From positions 60,822,001-60,886,000 of the forward strand of contig NC_043005.1 in the NCBI RefSeq assembly GCF_006345805.1: DNA of 64,000 nucleotides, written 5' to 3'. The position numbers were made by a program, and so were the translations under genes. Below are positions 1 through 12,935 of the stretch, piece after piece. The DNA comes from Octopus sinensis. Taxonomy: Eukaryota. The first letter of the stretch is position 1. Each line of letters begins with the position of its first letter. Under the pieces are notes generated by a model that did not search any database, had not been told where the DNA came from, and was given only the letters and a program-made list of their open reading frames with translations.

Positions 1-47
1 ATTACGCATTTCACCCGGCGTGCTAACGTTTCTGCCAGCTCGCCGCC
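1..47 (-). mobile_element. SINE family A (tRNA-derived head), truncated by window edge
   Basis: Reverse complement of GGCGGCGAGCTGGCAGAAACGTTAGCACGCCGGG, the head seen in full copies at 38109 and 30178. Confidence 0.8.
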
Positions 48-639
48 TTATGACGTTCGAACATTTCCACTAATAAGTCGCTCAGGGTTGTTACTTTATT
101 TCTACCGAAATAAAGTGAATTTTAATTCAGTGGCATTTGAACTCGGTGATGAGAGTAAAAACAAGAAGAACGCAGAATGCTATCCGACCCATTAACAGCT
201 TTGTCAATTAATGAAGGGCGTGGAGAGAAATGCTATTGCCGTGCTGGAACTCCAATTCATTTTAAGCCCCTGTTGACGATTTTAGTTCACAATTTTGTGT
301 CTCGTGAAAACGCAGCGAGTTTGATATATTGAGCAGCAACATGAGTTTGTATACGCGTTGTACTACATCATAGAGAGTTAAATGTCGTTACCACAAATTC
401 AATGTTACTGAAAATTCAATATCGTCCAAAAATTAGACCCATTTATAAATTTTTGTTGGAAATGTAATCATTTTCAACCGGTTGAAGACGCAAAGTAATC
501 ACGTTTATTGCTCGTTTGAATAATTTAATGGACGCCCAAATCGCTTGATCATTAACTGAACTCCAGTGCACGTTTGCCATTGACTTCTTTGAAGTATGAC
601 AATTTGCTCGGTATACATTGTTCTGTTATAAATATAGAA

Positions 640-1260
640 ACGTCTCAGAAATGTACCAAAAATACATTGGTTTCACATACAAAATGTATGATATTTCTTT
701 TCGCTTACCTAGCATAAGTAACAATTATACCATAAGAACCGGACCTATACAAGCAAAATGCAATGTGAAGGTTCTTTGTAATCCTATATTTCTTTTAAAG
801 AATAGGAAGGGAACACTTATACAAATTATGATGCGGAGATGGGTTCCTTTGTAGTCGTTAATCATTTTTCGTTGACCTGTCAATGATTTTCATTAGAAAT
901 GAGTTATAGAGATTGTCATGGACAAAATAAAGCAACAAATTTGAAGAAAGCTTCGAAAAGATTTCAGTCACACTTCTTAATTGAACATGACGAGATGAAA
1001 AAAGTTTTCTACTTAATGGAATATATGAAAGTGTAGAGACAGAGTAATGGAAAGTATTAGCTGTCTACATTTACTTGAAAAGGAGTTACCTAATTAGGTC
1101 AGCCATTTCAATTCGATCACGAAATCTCGACGAAGTGTGGAAAGTACTTTTAATGTTATTTATAAAATAATTCGTGTACTATTTCTTAGAAGAATGAAAG
1201 GGAATTTAAAAAGATAATGGAAAATGTGGAGATATTGTTTACGAGTTATCGATAAATATA
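640..1260 (+). pseudogene. Decayed multi-sushi (CCP)-like coding island
   Basis: By-eye peptides across stops and frameshifts: VKVLCNPIFLL, FSLTCQ*, QSNGKY*LSTFT*KGVT*LGQP, KDNGKCGDI; these resemble C..GF.L, LTC and NG.W sushi motifs. Confidence 0.3.
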
Positions 1261-1849
1261 TTTACAAATATATCGGTTAATATACTTGCAATTATTGAAA
1301 TGAAATCAGAATTTGTAGTATATCAGCTGGCATCACATACACGCTACAGAAACATAAAACAAACTTAATTACAATGATTTTCACAAAGTAGCACAATGTA
1401 AAACATGGCTGTGATCTATTGACTCCACAAAAGTACATATTTTTGCTATCATTGGGTCAACAGAAAAAAATACAATTATAATTCAGAAGTAACTAGATTA
1501 GATACACGAGCTACGACAGTCAAACACACGACCAATATTGTTAATCAAATGGCTTCACCATTATTGTACAATTTTCTTAAGTCAAGTGCAAAAGGGAGTT
1601 AGCAAGCTGCATTGTACTATGTCGTATTGTCCTCTAACTCTACACCATTTTTTTTGTTGCATTATGAAAATAAGCGTATCGAAAGCACATGAGAACAACT
1701 TTGGAGTTTTGTGTGTGATGATGTAGCACACATTCTAATGTTTTATGTAAAACTTTTCACAACTTTGCTTCGTGTTTTTATCGAGATTTTGTAGCAACAG
1801 CAATAATTCTAATAGTTGAATCAATTATTTGGAACAAGGCCAAACAGGA

Positions 1850-2035
1850 GTGGGTAATCGATTGCATCAACCGCAATATTGGACTGATAACTTATCATAT
1901 TGACCCCGACGGGATGAAAGGCAAAGCTGTTCTCAGGGGAATTGAAACCCACAACATGAAGATCCGGAAGAAATGCCGCAATGCTTTTTGTCTGACACTT
2001 TAACAATGATACCAATCCGCCGACTTTCTAACACA
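1850..2035 (-). mobile_element. SINE family A, degraded
   Basis: ATCGATTGCATCAACC...GACCCCGACGGGATGAAAGGCAAAG matches the family body. Confidence 0.7.
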
Positions 2036-2399
2036 GATACAAGGTCAGAAATTCGAGAGATGTTTGGCGATTAGAGAGTTTCCAGTATTTATCCGGTACA
2101 TTACTTATCGACCACAAAATAGTCAGAGGCAAACCTTTGTTTCATCGGGATTTGAAGAGAATAAAATCTTCTTGAAAAAACAGCATATTTGCGTCACTTT
2201 TCTATTTTCTACTAAATAATATTCTTAATAATTATTTCTGTATTTGCCAAAAAGGCTCATATTACGGATGAATTAAACTTTAAAACAGAGATTATACAAA
2301 TGTTGAGATGTATACGACAACGTTATAGAAAACCAAAGAAGAGGTCACAAATTCATACAATGAACATATTAAAAAATTCAGTTAGGGGCAGAACAAATA

Positions 2400-3850
2400 T
2401 TTTGACAAAAATGAAACAATGAAAATACACAGCCGTGAGAAGTGACTAATACGGTGATGCTTAATTTTTCAATGATTCTACCCAGCTGATCATCGTTTTA
2501 TAGAATCCCGATATACTCCAAGCTGTTCGTGACCACTTTTGACGCTATGCTTAAAAGTACACAGTATCTTCTGATTTTTTCTGTTTGATATTTTGATAAA
2601 GCATTGGCCTTATTTTAAGTAGCGACATATCTCTTGCCTGCCTTTTGTAAAGAATGTACCATTCACAGAGGCCTAACTCTGTTCAAAAAGTTTATTGCTT
2701 AATCTCATTCTATGACTATATTTTCACCTCATGTAGAATCTTCTCTGTGTAATTAATATACATTCTAGTCTCGCTCATGGACCCTTTCCCTGCTTTTTTT
2801 CCATTTCATTATTTTTCCAGAGGTTTACCTATCCATTCCAGACTTTGCCCGATTCTCCATCCTTACAATTCAGTGTCATGCTGCTGCTAGTAAGGGAAGA
2901 GAGGATGGTCTTAGATATCACCCTTTTTCTGCAATCGAATCTGAAACGCTTTGCACCCGCCGCAAACGTTTGCTTTCATTGATGCTGGTTCTGTTGTTGT
3001 TCGTTATTCTCTAACGTTCTCTGCAGAGAAACAGCAAGTTGTCATGGAATTATTGTTGCAGCAAGCATATTGGCTAAGCTTTCTTCCATGTACCGGCAAT
3101 CTGATATTCATTAGATTTCTACACCTACAGCAAGCAGCATAATGAGATTTTTATCCGTGTTCATTTCTCTTCAAGACATTTTTTTTATCACCTCGGCATA
3201 TAAAACCTCCCCATATTGCAGAACAAACAGCCATTTTCCAATAGATCTACCACTGCTTCTCAATTACGCAGTTGTATTGCACTTCCCCGTGTACTGTATT
3301 TATGTGTAGAAATCTATGTTGTGAGGCTGAGTGTCGTCCAATTTCAGCTCGAAACTTTGCTTCGCTCTGAGAGATGAGGTAGACACTATTATATGACTTA
3401 TTTCGGATGATAATTACTTCATTACAAAATACGGTAACGGTACTCTTAAATTCGACGATTGATGGAATATGCAAAGCGTCCTTTCTCTTGTCGAGAAGAA
3501 GATTTATGTTAGCTTTCTCTTGCACAAACCCCTCGAGTATGAAATCATATTGATTCTTAACCTATTGATGCCAAACATTTTACTCTGAATTCATCACATT
3601 TCCTATCTTCATTTTCTTATCAGAAGCGTTATGTTTAAATCAGTTTATTGTCGCTTACTGTTAAGATAATCATTATAACTACACTCATGTCCATATTTAT
3701 AAAAAGAGAAGTCATTATTTTTTCAATGAAATTGCATATCTTACTACAGAGTATTCTTGTTCAAATTTATGTATTCTGCATCGAGTCCCAAATCCACAAG
3801 GACTGCCTTTGCTTCATGAAACGAAAAATAAAATTAAAGTCTAATTAAAA
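2400..3850 (-). mobile_element. Highly degraded APE/RT LINE (RTE-like) remnant
   Basis: Minus-strand peptide RRYCVLLSIASKVVT resembles RT motif NYRGISLLSIAGK; KAGKGP lies upstream; ORF 3247-3525 (RAEIGRHSASQHRFL) weakly resembles the endonuclease RGADIGSDH motif. Confidence 0.4.
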
Positions 3851-4565
3851 TAATTCCCAGTTCACTGTAACAATGAATGAGACTAGGAGATTTTGTGTGA
3901 ATTTTTGAAAATGATATTCGTACCAATATTTTTCTGTAATGAAACTATGTCCAAGTAACTGCATAAATGATCTTCTTTCCTATCATAGAAGACCAGACTT
4001 AATTTTTTACATTCAAACTCTAAGCGGTATTCACAAACTTACATATCGACATGCTCAGCTATCTAACGATGTATTTGACACTTATTTTCCTTGACTAGCT
4101 TCTTTCAGTTTCTGCTTTAAGAAACTGGCTCTATTTCTACAGACATTATAAATGGGTCTGTTTCTCCTTGTTTAACTAGCATTTTTCAAACCAGCGTTCT
4201 TTTCTCTAAATTCTTTCTCTAAATTTTCCTTTTTATTTACATTTTGTATACTTATCTGTGTGTCATTCAATTCTTTCTTCTCCCTCACCGACTTCTCTTA
4301 AAAGTTCAAAAATTATAGTATTTATTATTCTTGTCGCTAGTCGCGAAATCTATTTGCCTCGCCGAGGACCTGGATCAGTTATTGATTAAGTCCACACAAT
4401 TATAATAGTTGTATATATTTTGTAGGGAATGGAAGAATCATAGCTCTTGCAGTTACAGAACAGGTGTCCACAGATAATTTGTGGGGATGAAACAAACTGC
4501 AATAAGCGTTTCAATCAGGTATTCTACTATTGAAAATTAACATCATCGGAAATAATAAATGTTTC

Positions 4566-4750
4566 AAATTTTGGCACGAGGCCAGCGGTTTCTTGGAAGT
4601 GGGATAAATCGATTACATCGACCCTGGTGCTCAACTGGTACGTATTTTCATCGACTCTGAAAGAAAGAACGCACAGTCGGCATCGGTGGAATTTGAACTT
4701 AGAACCTATGCTGGGCATCTTTCCAGGCGTACTAACGATTCTTCCAGCTC
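4566..4750 (-). mobile_element. SINE family A
   Basis: GATTACATCGACCC...GGAATTTGAACTTAGAAC...CTAACGATTCTTCCAGCTC. Confidence 0.8.
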
Positions 4751-4774
4751 CCTACCCTACTCTCTCTCTCTCTC

Positions 4775-5201
4775 TTTACTCTTTTACTCTTTTACTTGTT
4801 TCCTTGTTTCAGTCATTTGACTGCGGCCATGCTGGAGCACCGCCTTTAATCGAGCAACTCGAGCCCGGGACTTATTCTTTTGTAAGCCCAGTACTTATTC
4901 TATCGGGCTCTTTTGCCGAACCGCTAAGTAACGGGGACATAAACACACCAGCATCAATTGTCAAGCAACGCCAGGGGAACAAACACAGACACACAAACAC
5001 ACACACGCATATATATATATACATATATACGACGGGCTTCTTTCAGTTTCCGTCTACCAAATCCACTCACAAGGCTTTGGTCGGCCCGAGGCTATAGTAG
5101 AAGAAACTTGCCCAAGGTGCCACGCAGTGGGACTGAACCCAAAACCCAGAACCATGTGGTTGGTAAACAAGCTACTTACAAGCTACTTATCACACAGCCA
5201 C
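4775..5201 (-). mobile_element. CORE-type SINE family B with internal CA/TA microsatellite
   Basis: Reverse complement contains TGCGTGGCACCTTGGGCAAG (CORE-like); matches copies at 36685, 42003 and others. Confidence 0.85.
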
Positions 5202-7379
5202 TCCTGCGCCTACCCTGTAGTAATATATGCGGACTGGTTCTGAAATAGTACACCGTGGCGAACTAGTACATCACGAAAGGTTGCCTTCATTCCACCAATT
5301 GTTAGAAATATAATGCTAAGCCATAGAAGATCCATTCTAATGGTTGCGTTGTCATGAAATATATATCATTTTTAATTTCGTATAATTAATTGAACAATAT
5401 GAGCAATAGTTTTCTCGACTATTTTCTAAAGTTTGGTTTATTTTTATATATTATAATAGAGTTTATTTTTTACCGTTCCATATGAAGCGCGCCTGAATTT
5501 TTTGTTTATATTCAGGTCACCACGACAACATGCACGCGCATACACACAAGCAAGAACACACACAGATATACATACGTGCGTGCGCATATACACACACACG
5601 CACACACACACACACACAAAGAGAATAGATTAAGAAGCAGTTTATTAGAATTTAGATGTCGCTTTTTATACTTCATTCAAATTTTTACGGTGTCGTCTAT
5701 GGTCTTCGCCTTGCCTGGATCGATATATTAAACTCAACACGTACGTACTTCTATTTTATTGAACCGATATCCAACACGGCAACAAACTTATGGTCCGTCA
5801 CAAATATAAGAAATCAATATTTAGTTTCGATGTTATCTCTAAATTATTTATTTATATATTGGCTGCTTGTTGTACCTCAGAAGTCACTAACAACCTGACA
5901 GATTATAAAATTATTTATGGAACATTAATGCCCAACATCGCTTATTTATTAGCTTTTTTATATTATCTATCAACACAATCAATTCTGTGTTAGATTTCTT
6001 TTTTTTTAAATAGCAATTGTCTATAAGATGATTCATCATTTCATTGCGTTTCTCTTGTACGGATTTTAAGTCTCGTGGTAAAATATTTCGATGTATTTAC
6101 AATTTATTTTTATAGAAAAATGAATTGGGCATATGTCACTCAAAATACTTTATTCTATTTTAGTATCATTTCGATTAGATTTAAAATACACAAAATGTAA
6201 ACTAGAAATTAAATAAAGCAGTGTTCCACGATAGGAAGCACCATGAAATTTAATTTACTTCCACCGATTGCACTTGTAGAACTTAAATTTTAGTTCGTGT
6301 TAAGTTCATCAAATGTCTTCTTTTATGATTCCTTTATAATTGTCATTTTCCTTATCCTGAAGTAAATAAAATAGTCGGAGTGTCATATTATTAACTAAAT
6401 ATTAACTATAACTTCGATGCGATAATATTAACTAAAGATCTTTTTGAAAAAAAAACATGAAACGATTTAGTTCAACTTTTTCATTGATACTTTGTTTCTG
6501 AACTTCTCTTGATGTTTCTTTCCTTCTTACAAAATATATCTCTAACCACATCTCTTACTAATCTATTCTGCTCATCAAAGAACACATTTTTCTTTTCCAT
6601 TTTGATCCATTTCACATTATTCTGTCGATTTTCAGTGTCTCCTCCTTATTTTCATTTTTTCTCTTTGCGCTTCCGCATGGTTTCACTTTCGTATGGAATT
6701 TTCTTTATGATTGCATATCTCTGTATTTTTCTCTCACTTCGTATACTCTAACGTCTTCATATTTTATTTAATCCAACTCTCTTATTCACCCTCTTCTTTT
6801 TCGCGAGCATTCACAGTTGTCCAGCTTCTCCCTCTTTATTCACAATTACATACAGAACCCTCATATATTGAAGGTCTCACTTAAACTTCTGTACATGTAG
6901 TCATTCACATTTTCAAAGTATGCAAGTATATATATATTGAAGTGTTTGTATGCATGCATATATTTTTGTATGTATATATGTGTGTGAGCGTATGTAAGGC
7001 ATCTATATGCATATATACATGTGTGTGTAAACACGTATATTTATGTAAACGTCACGGACAGAGGGTCGTTGAAGTGGCAGCCAACCGTACATTGTCTTGT
7101 TGAATCTGCTATCACTATCATGAGTCTAACTTGGTTGATGAGTCTATACCAAGATTTCTCTCCAGAGACATTAATCTAAGACTAATGTCTTGTATGTTGG
7201 TGTTTTTTCAATACCGCCTGCTTAAGTTACTTTTCGTCAGCTAAATAATACTACCAGCATTAGGTATATTAACACTAACTTATCTATTGTTTTTAATGCG
7301 AATGACATTTAAGAGAGATCTCAAGAGAGTAGTTTTGTTAGACGTTTCAAACAGTTCTTTTATCCTCAGTTATTAGCTG

Positions 7380-7575
7380 GGGAGCAATATTCATTCAAAG
7401 ATGAATTATTCACTGCCAAAATAAGTTTATTTGCTCTGTATAAGCTTCTGTATCCCATAAATACGCATGCTGATCACGATATTAGTAAAATAATCAGAAT
7501 TTGGAATGCAGTGAAATTACTATACCGTTATGCTTCCATAGGTTTCTTGGATATAAGAGCCTTAAGATGAAAAAT
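7380..7575 (-). pseudogene. Decayed sushi-like exon
   Basis: Possible acceptor TTTTCATCTTAAG, then SYIQETYGSITV**FHCIPNSDYF; similar layout to SYDETNFDCGILIIFLCLENSGHY at 62.4 kb. Confidence 0.3.
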
Positions 7576-7683
7576 ACCTTTTTCTTTTTCCTTCTAGCTA
7601 TTCAATTAAATGATTGTAGAATTACAAATAAACAACTTCATTCGTAGCAATAATAATAATAATAACGAAAGTATATAAATATG

Positions 7684-7740
<57 letters not shown>

Positions 7741-7956
7741 ATGTATATATATATGTATATTTGTGTATATATATATATATACACACACACACACAACGTA
7801 TGAATATATACACCATGTTATGTTATATATACATACTTAAACATATATGACATGATATGCTATATATATATATATATATATATTGTATATGTACATACAT
7901 ATTCATAAACACACACACACTCATGGATACAGAAGGTCACGCACACACATATTTTG

Positions 7957-8008
<52 letters not shown>

Positions 8009-8026
8009 TACATACATACATATATA

Positions 8027-8082
<56 letters not shown>

Positions 8083-8763
8083 ATATATATATATATACAT
8101 AATAGGGGGATGAGAGAGATGGGGAGATGAAATGGAATCGAAGACCGAGATACTTAGAGAGATAGAAGGGTTGGAAATTAATATGACCATCGGTTGAACT
8201 GAACTGTAAGAAAATTTGATTTTGTGCGAGAACAATATCGATAAGATGATAAAACCTTTCTCGTAAAGTCTTAATATAAAGAAGCGGCTTGTAAAACTTC
8301 AAACGAGTAAGATAATTAAATAAACAAAGAAAAGAAAACGAGTTAGGAATAAAGACGGACAGAGGGAATAGAAAGAGAATGTTGAAATATATTTTTATTT
8401 ATTCATTTATATATTTATTATTTAATGTTAAGAGAATCTAAACCGTCCGTAGTATTTTCAGGCATTCTTAGAATGAAAGATAGGAATAACTGCTCGAGGT
8501 TAATGCGGTTAACATTCAATTTGAACTTTAAGATTGTAGGAGATAGCTAAGAAAATATATTTCCAGGATAAAAGCGATATATAGTTATTTAGTTTCTTAC
8601 GTTTCGGCTTTGAGATTCAATATCTGCTAGTATCGACATTTATTGTCATTACTGTTGTGTGCGTTATATATGTGTATTATATATATATGTATGTGTGTGT
8701 GTGAGTGCGAGTGTGTGCGTCTGTGTGCGCAAAGACACACAAACACACACACACATACATATA

Positions 8764-8801
<38 letters not shown>

Positions 8802-8850
8802 TCAAGCATATATATATGTATGTATATGCATGTTTAGATATATATTTTTT

Positions 8851-9025
8851 TCTCCGTGTTCCCTTCCTTGGATCTTTCCTCTTCCTATGTTTCTGACGAA
8901 GAGCTCAGCTCGAAACGTTAAATCCTCCTTCTTTCTTCCCTTTTCTGGGCGTCTAATAGCACTATACTTGTTCCACGTGCTCACGTTGTTGTGTTTCTCT
9001 TTGTATTTTCATGTTTGGATTAACT
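8851..9025 (+). mobile_element. (TA)n-flanked non-coding element, probable Penelope-like pLTR fragment
   Basis: Homologous to 60140-60310; both end GGATTAACT followed by (TA)n; carries a hammerhead core. Confidence 0.6.
8889..8923 (+). ncRNA. Minimal type-I hammerhead ribozyme motif (Penelope-like)
   Basis: CTGACGA-A-GAGC-TCA-GCTC-GAAA-CGTT; intact core, 4-bp stem II, palindromic ACGT for dimeric helix III, weak 4-bp helix I (GTTT/AAAT). Confidence 0.65.
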
Positions 9026-9033
9026 TCATATAG

Positions 9034-9068
<35 letters not shown>

Positions 9069-9351
9069 ATATATATATAGCCAATTGTGGCTACTTTTCT
9101 TCTTGCTACTCTTCTTCTTGTCTAAATCCGAAGTCAATCATGACCGAGCAGTCCTATATTCGAATTCGAAATCATGTCAATCATAAATATCATGCATATT
9201 TTTTTTTAATATGTTTTAGGTTATGTCTTGCTTATAATACATTGTATAGTGTGTGCTTACTACTTTTAGTATAGTAAGGTGTAGTTTAAGAGAGACAGGG
9301 CGGCTGCGTAAACACTTTCTAATCTTAAATCGTTCCTCTATCTCTTCACAG

Positions 9352-9790
9352 GAGATTTTGTGATTAAAATAGAAATAAATATTTACTTTTCGATGACGTT
9401 TATTAAGAGCAACACTCGAATCTCCATGTAACTACAAGGAATAAAATGCATGCTTCTGTTCCTGAGGAGAGTCAATTTGACATATAGTATTAAAACAAGA
9501 AGACATGAAAATGTGGACGATTGAAAGAACACTCCTCTCTTAAAATAAGCAAACCCTTTAAACCTGATCAAATATTAACGGATAATATATGAAAATTTAT
9601 ACAAGAAAAATGATTGGAGAAAAGATAGGTTATCTTCGGTGTTGAGACAGATTTTTCATCCAAGAAATTCCAACAGAGGCCATTCGTTAATTTTATTCAG
9701 ATAGAAATTATCTACGACTACATAATCCAATGTATATTGATATTTTGAAAATGATAGGAGTGACATAGGGATTATCTGTTGTTTCTAGCA
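9352..9790 (+). pseudogene. Decayed sushi-like coding island
   Basis: Acceptor CTCTTCACAG; peptides HENVDD*KNTPL, IGEKIGYLRC*DRFFI, FENDRSDIGIIC (TGA and AGG sit where W is expected); W-to-W spacing of 78 codons is longer than typical. Confidence 0.25.
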
Positions 9791-9944
9791 GTTCGTAAGA
9801 CCAGATAGAAGTTCTCAGGTTGCTTACGTAGAGCAGGAGACAGATGATTCGCAGTGAGGTAGCTAATAAAATTATTCAGTGGGTTTAGTATCAATACACT
9901 AGTGTTTGCATGATCTCTTCTCCACTACAACAGTAAGGAAAAAA

Positions 9945-10135
9945 CAAATTTTGGCACCAAGCCACTAATTTCGTGAAGATGTATAACGCGATTTACATGA
10001 GCCCCGTGTTAAGCTGGTACTTCAATGGATAAGAGGCAAAGTCAACATCTGCGAAATTTGAACCCAAAATGTAAAGACAGACAAAATGCCGTTAAGCATT
10101 TTACTCGACCTGCAAACGGTTCTTTCAGCTCACCA
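9945..10135 (-). mobile_element. SINE family A, degraded
   Basis: AAGCTGGTACTT...AGGCAAAGTCAACATCTGCGAAATTTGAACCC...AAGCATTTTACTCGACC. Confidence 0.7.
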
Positions 10136-10344
10136 GGAGGAAGAGGAAGGAGAGAAGGAGTGTTCTAAGCACTTTTAAGACTGCTAAAAGCTTGTGGACA
10201 CCTAAGGCTACAAGTATTAACCCGCTACCCACATAAATCCTACCAGGAATAAGATCGAACCTGAGCCAAACCAAAATACTAATACTAATACTGCTACTGC
10301 TCTACTACTAATACTACTACTACAACAACTAATAATAATAATAA

Positions 10345-10345
<1 letters not shown>

Positions 10346-10375
<30 letters not shown>

Positions 10376-10464
10376 AAGAAGAAGAAGAAGAAGAAGAAGA
10401 AGAAGAAGAAGAAGAAGAAGAAGAAGAAGAAGAAGAAGAAGAAGAAGAAGAAGAAGAAGAAGAA
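10346..10464. repeat. (GAA)n microsatellite
   Basis: Perfect GAA run directly visible. Confidence 0.95.
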
Positions 10465-10524
10465 TGATAATAATAGTAATAATAATAACAGCTCTGGGCT
10501 AAATAAATGCTAAAAACTATCAGA

Positions 10525-11265
10525 GGCTAACGTTCTTCAAAACAGTTCTCAGCCTAAATGCAGATTTTGCGACACATTTGACGAGACAATAGACCATCTC
10601 TTCTGGAGAAATCCTGTGCCAACACTAAAGAAATACAACAATCACCACGACAAGATAGGACAGTATTTACATTGGAAAATACGTAAACACTACAAATTCA
10701 GCACTCCTACTTACTGGTATGAACATCATCCTAAGTTAGTTGTTGAAGGTAAAACTGTCTCTATCTCTGGGATTTTTCAATCAACGCGAGCAGAACGATC
10801 CAGGCTAATCGACCAGACAAAGTCATTAAGGACAGAGAAGATGTAGGTATTCCCACTGAAAAAACATATATGTAAAGGTATTTGAGAAAATAAATAGAAG
10901 GACCTGTAAATTGAAATACAAAAGATGTGGCATCTTAAAGCAAAAACTGTTCCTGTTATTATAGGTACCCTACGTATGATAAAAAAAGAGTAGATGTTAG
11001 GAACATCTAGATAACATTCCATGAGAACCTTGTCCCAGAGTAATCCAAAAGATTGTGCTAACAAGTACAGACCACATTCTTAGAAATACCCTATCAATTT
11101 AAATGTCAGTGTTGTATTACATGAAGATATTTCGCTACTGCCCCTGCCACTTCCCCTCCCCAAGATTTCAGTCACACAGTAACATTCCGTATCCTTCACT
11201 CGCCCTAGGATGCTGGGTGTAACTTGGAGAGTGATTATAACAAACATGCAGATTGAAAGTAAATA
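10525..11265 (+). mobile_element. R4/Dong-like RLE non-LTR retrotransposon, 3' fragment with 3'UTR
   Basis: PKCRFCDTFDETIDHL (CCHC knuckle), HDKIGQYLHWKI, WYEHHP, ANRPD, MWHLKAKTVPVIIG; frameshifted; AAT-like tail after 11265. Confidence 0.85.
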
Positions 11266-11304
11266 GAATGATAATGATAGTGATAATAATATTTTTAATT
11301 CTTG

Positions 11305-11346
11305 TTATTATCATTATTATTATTATTAATATTATTAATATTAGTA

Positions 11347-11443
<97 letters not shown>
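11305..11443. repeat. (ATT)n microsatellite
   Basis: Directly visible. Confidence 0.95.
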
Positions 11444-11444
<1 letters not shown>

Positions 11445-11474
11445 TACTTTTATTCTGCATGTATGTTACAATTA

Positions 11475-12481
11475 CGTGCAGAATCACCTGATGGCTGTGG
11501 ACAGCTGACACTTCCAATCATACGCAGTCAAATAAGTTTCAGCACATGAAAAGAAGAAAGCATCATACTCGGTAACAAAACAGACAAGGGAATATATAAG
11601 TGAATTCCAAATACAAATTCCAGAATTTGACGTACTAGAAATAAGCAGAGAAACAGCTAAGCGTATGAAAACCTGTGCTAAAACTGCTGCCTCAGATATT
11701 GTTACAAATAAATGGCAAGAAAAACCTCTCAATAGAAAATACCCAAAGAGAGCTAATAATGCCGATGTTGACAAAGCCCTTACCCTTTAATAGGTAATGG
11801 CTTCTGGCTTAAAATCAGAAACAGAAGGTTGTATCATAGCAGCCCAAGATCAATGCTTACCTACAAGAATCTACCAGTCCAACGTATCTTCCCAACATGT
11901 TGTGTATATCAACAACAAAATGAAATCATTGATCATGTCTCTTTGTGCAGTCTTCTTGTGCCTACAGAGTATCTCAATAGGCATGGTCGAGCTGCACAAC
12001 ATATTCACGGGGTAATTTGCAAAAACCTGGATCTGCCCCATGATAAAAACTGCTGGGAACATAAACCACCTCCAGTGATTGAAAATGACCACATCTCACT
12101 CCTCTGGAACTTCACCATACAAACTGACAGAAAGATATATGCAAATAGGCCAGACATTATATGGAAAGACCTTAGACAAAAATCATGCCTCCTAATGGAT
12201 ATGACTGCCCCTATCGATATAAACGTATCTGTCAAGACCTACCAAAAACTGAGTAAGCATAAAGATCTTCAAATAGAAATTAGCAAAATGTGGAACCTGA
12301 AGACTAAAACAATATCTGTTATCATAGGTGCCCTTGAAATGATAGCAAAAGGGGCTTGTTGCTACGTTGCTCAGATACTAGGAAACCCCAAAATGGCAGA
12401 AATTCAAAGGATAGTGTTGATGGGAACTACCCATATCCTACGTAAAATACTGTCTGTGTAATCTCTAATTTTAAAACAAAC
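11475..12481 (+). mobile_element. R4/Dong-like RLE non-LTR retrotransposon, 3' fragment
   Basis: WQEKPLNRKYP, SGLKSETEGCIIAAQDQCL; ORF 11829-12461 has ETIDH-like knuckle, LLWNFTIQTDRKIYANRPDI, LMDMTAP, MWNLKT..VIIGAL; followed by (TAA)n. Confidence 0.9.
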
Positions 12482-12563
12482 ATAATATAATAATAATAAT
12501 AATAATATAATAATAATAATATAATATAATAATAATATAATAATAATAATAATAATAATAATG

Positions 12564-12604
<41 letters not shown>

Positions 12605-12634
12605 TAATAATAATAATAATAATATAATAATAAT
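12482..12634. repeat. (TAA)n microsatellite
   Basis: Directly visible between two R4-like copies. Confidence 0.95.
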
Positions 12635-12932
12635 AAAGACCTGGAAATAGAGATAACTAGAATGTGGAACCTGAAAACAGAAACAATTCCTATCATAGTA
12701 GGTGCATTAGGCATGATAAAAAAATATTCAGACAAATACATAACAAAAACACCAGGACTTACAAACACATATAACATACAGAAAATTGCACTACTAGGCA
12801 CTGCACACATCCTACGCAGAACACTTTCCATACAATAACGATCAGAGCATCACAACAAATCACAGCACATACCCAAGGCACACAGAGCTGCGCTCGGTAG
12901 TGAAGTGAAAGGACGCTATAAAAATAAAACTA

Positions 12933-12935
<3 letters not shown>
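12635..12935 (+). mobile_element. 5'-truncated R4/Dong-like copy embedded in (TAA)n
   Basis: KDLEIEITRMWNLKTETIPIIVGALGMIKK...GTAHILRRTLSIQ*, then 3'UTR ending AAAACTACTG|AATAAT. Confidence 0.9.

Noticed and set aside
4426-4478. Mini-exon EWKNHSSCSYRT bounded by AG/GT
   Set aside because: Too short to distinguish from chance
4627-5248. 156-aa and 96-aa ORFs (also similar ORFs at 36567, 42189 and 52006)
   Set aside because: They run through SINE A/B copies; the same peptides recur at every copy
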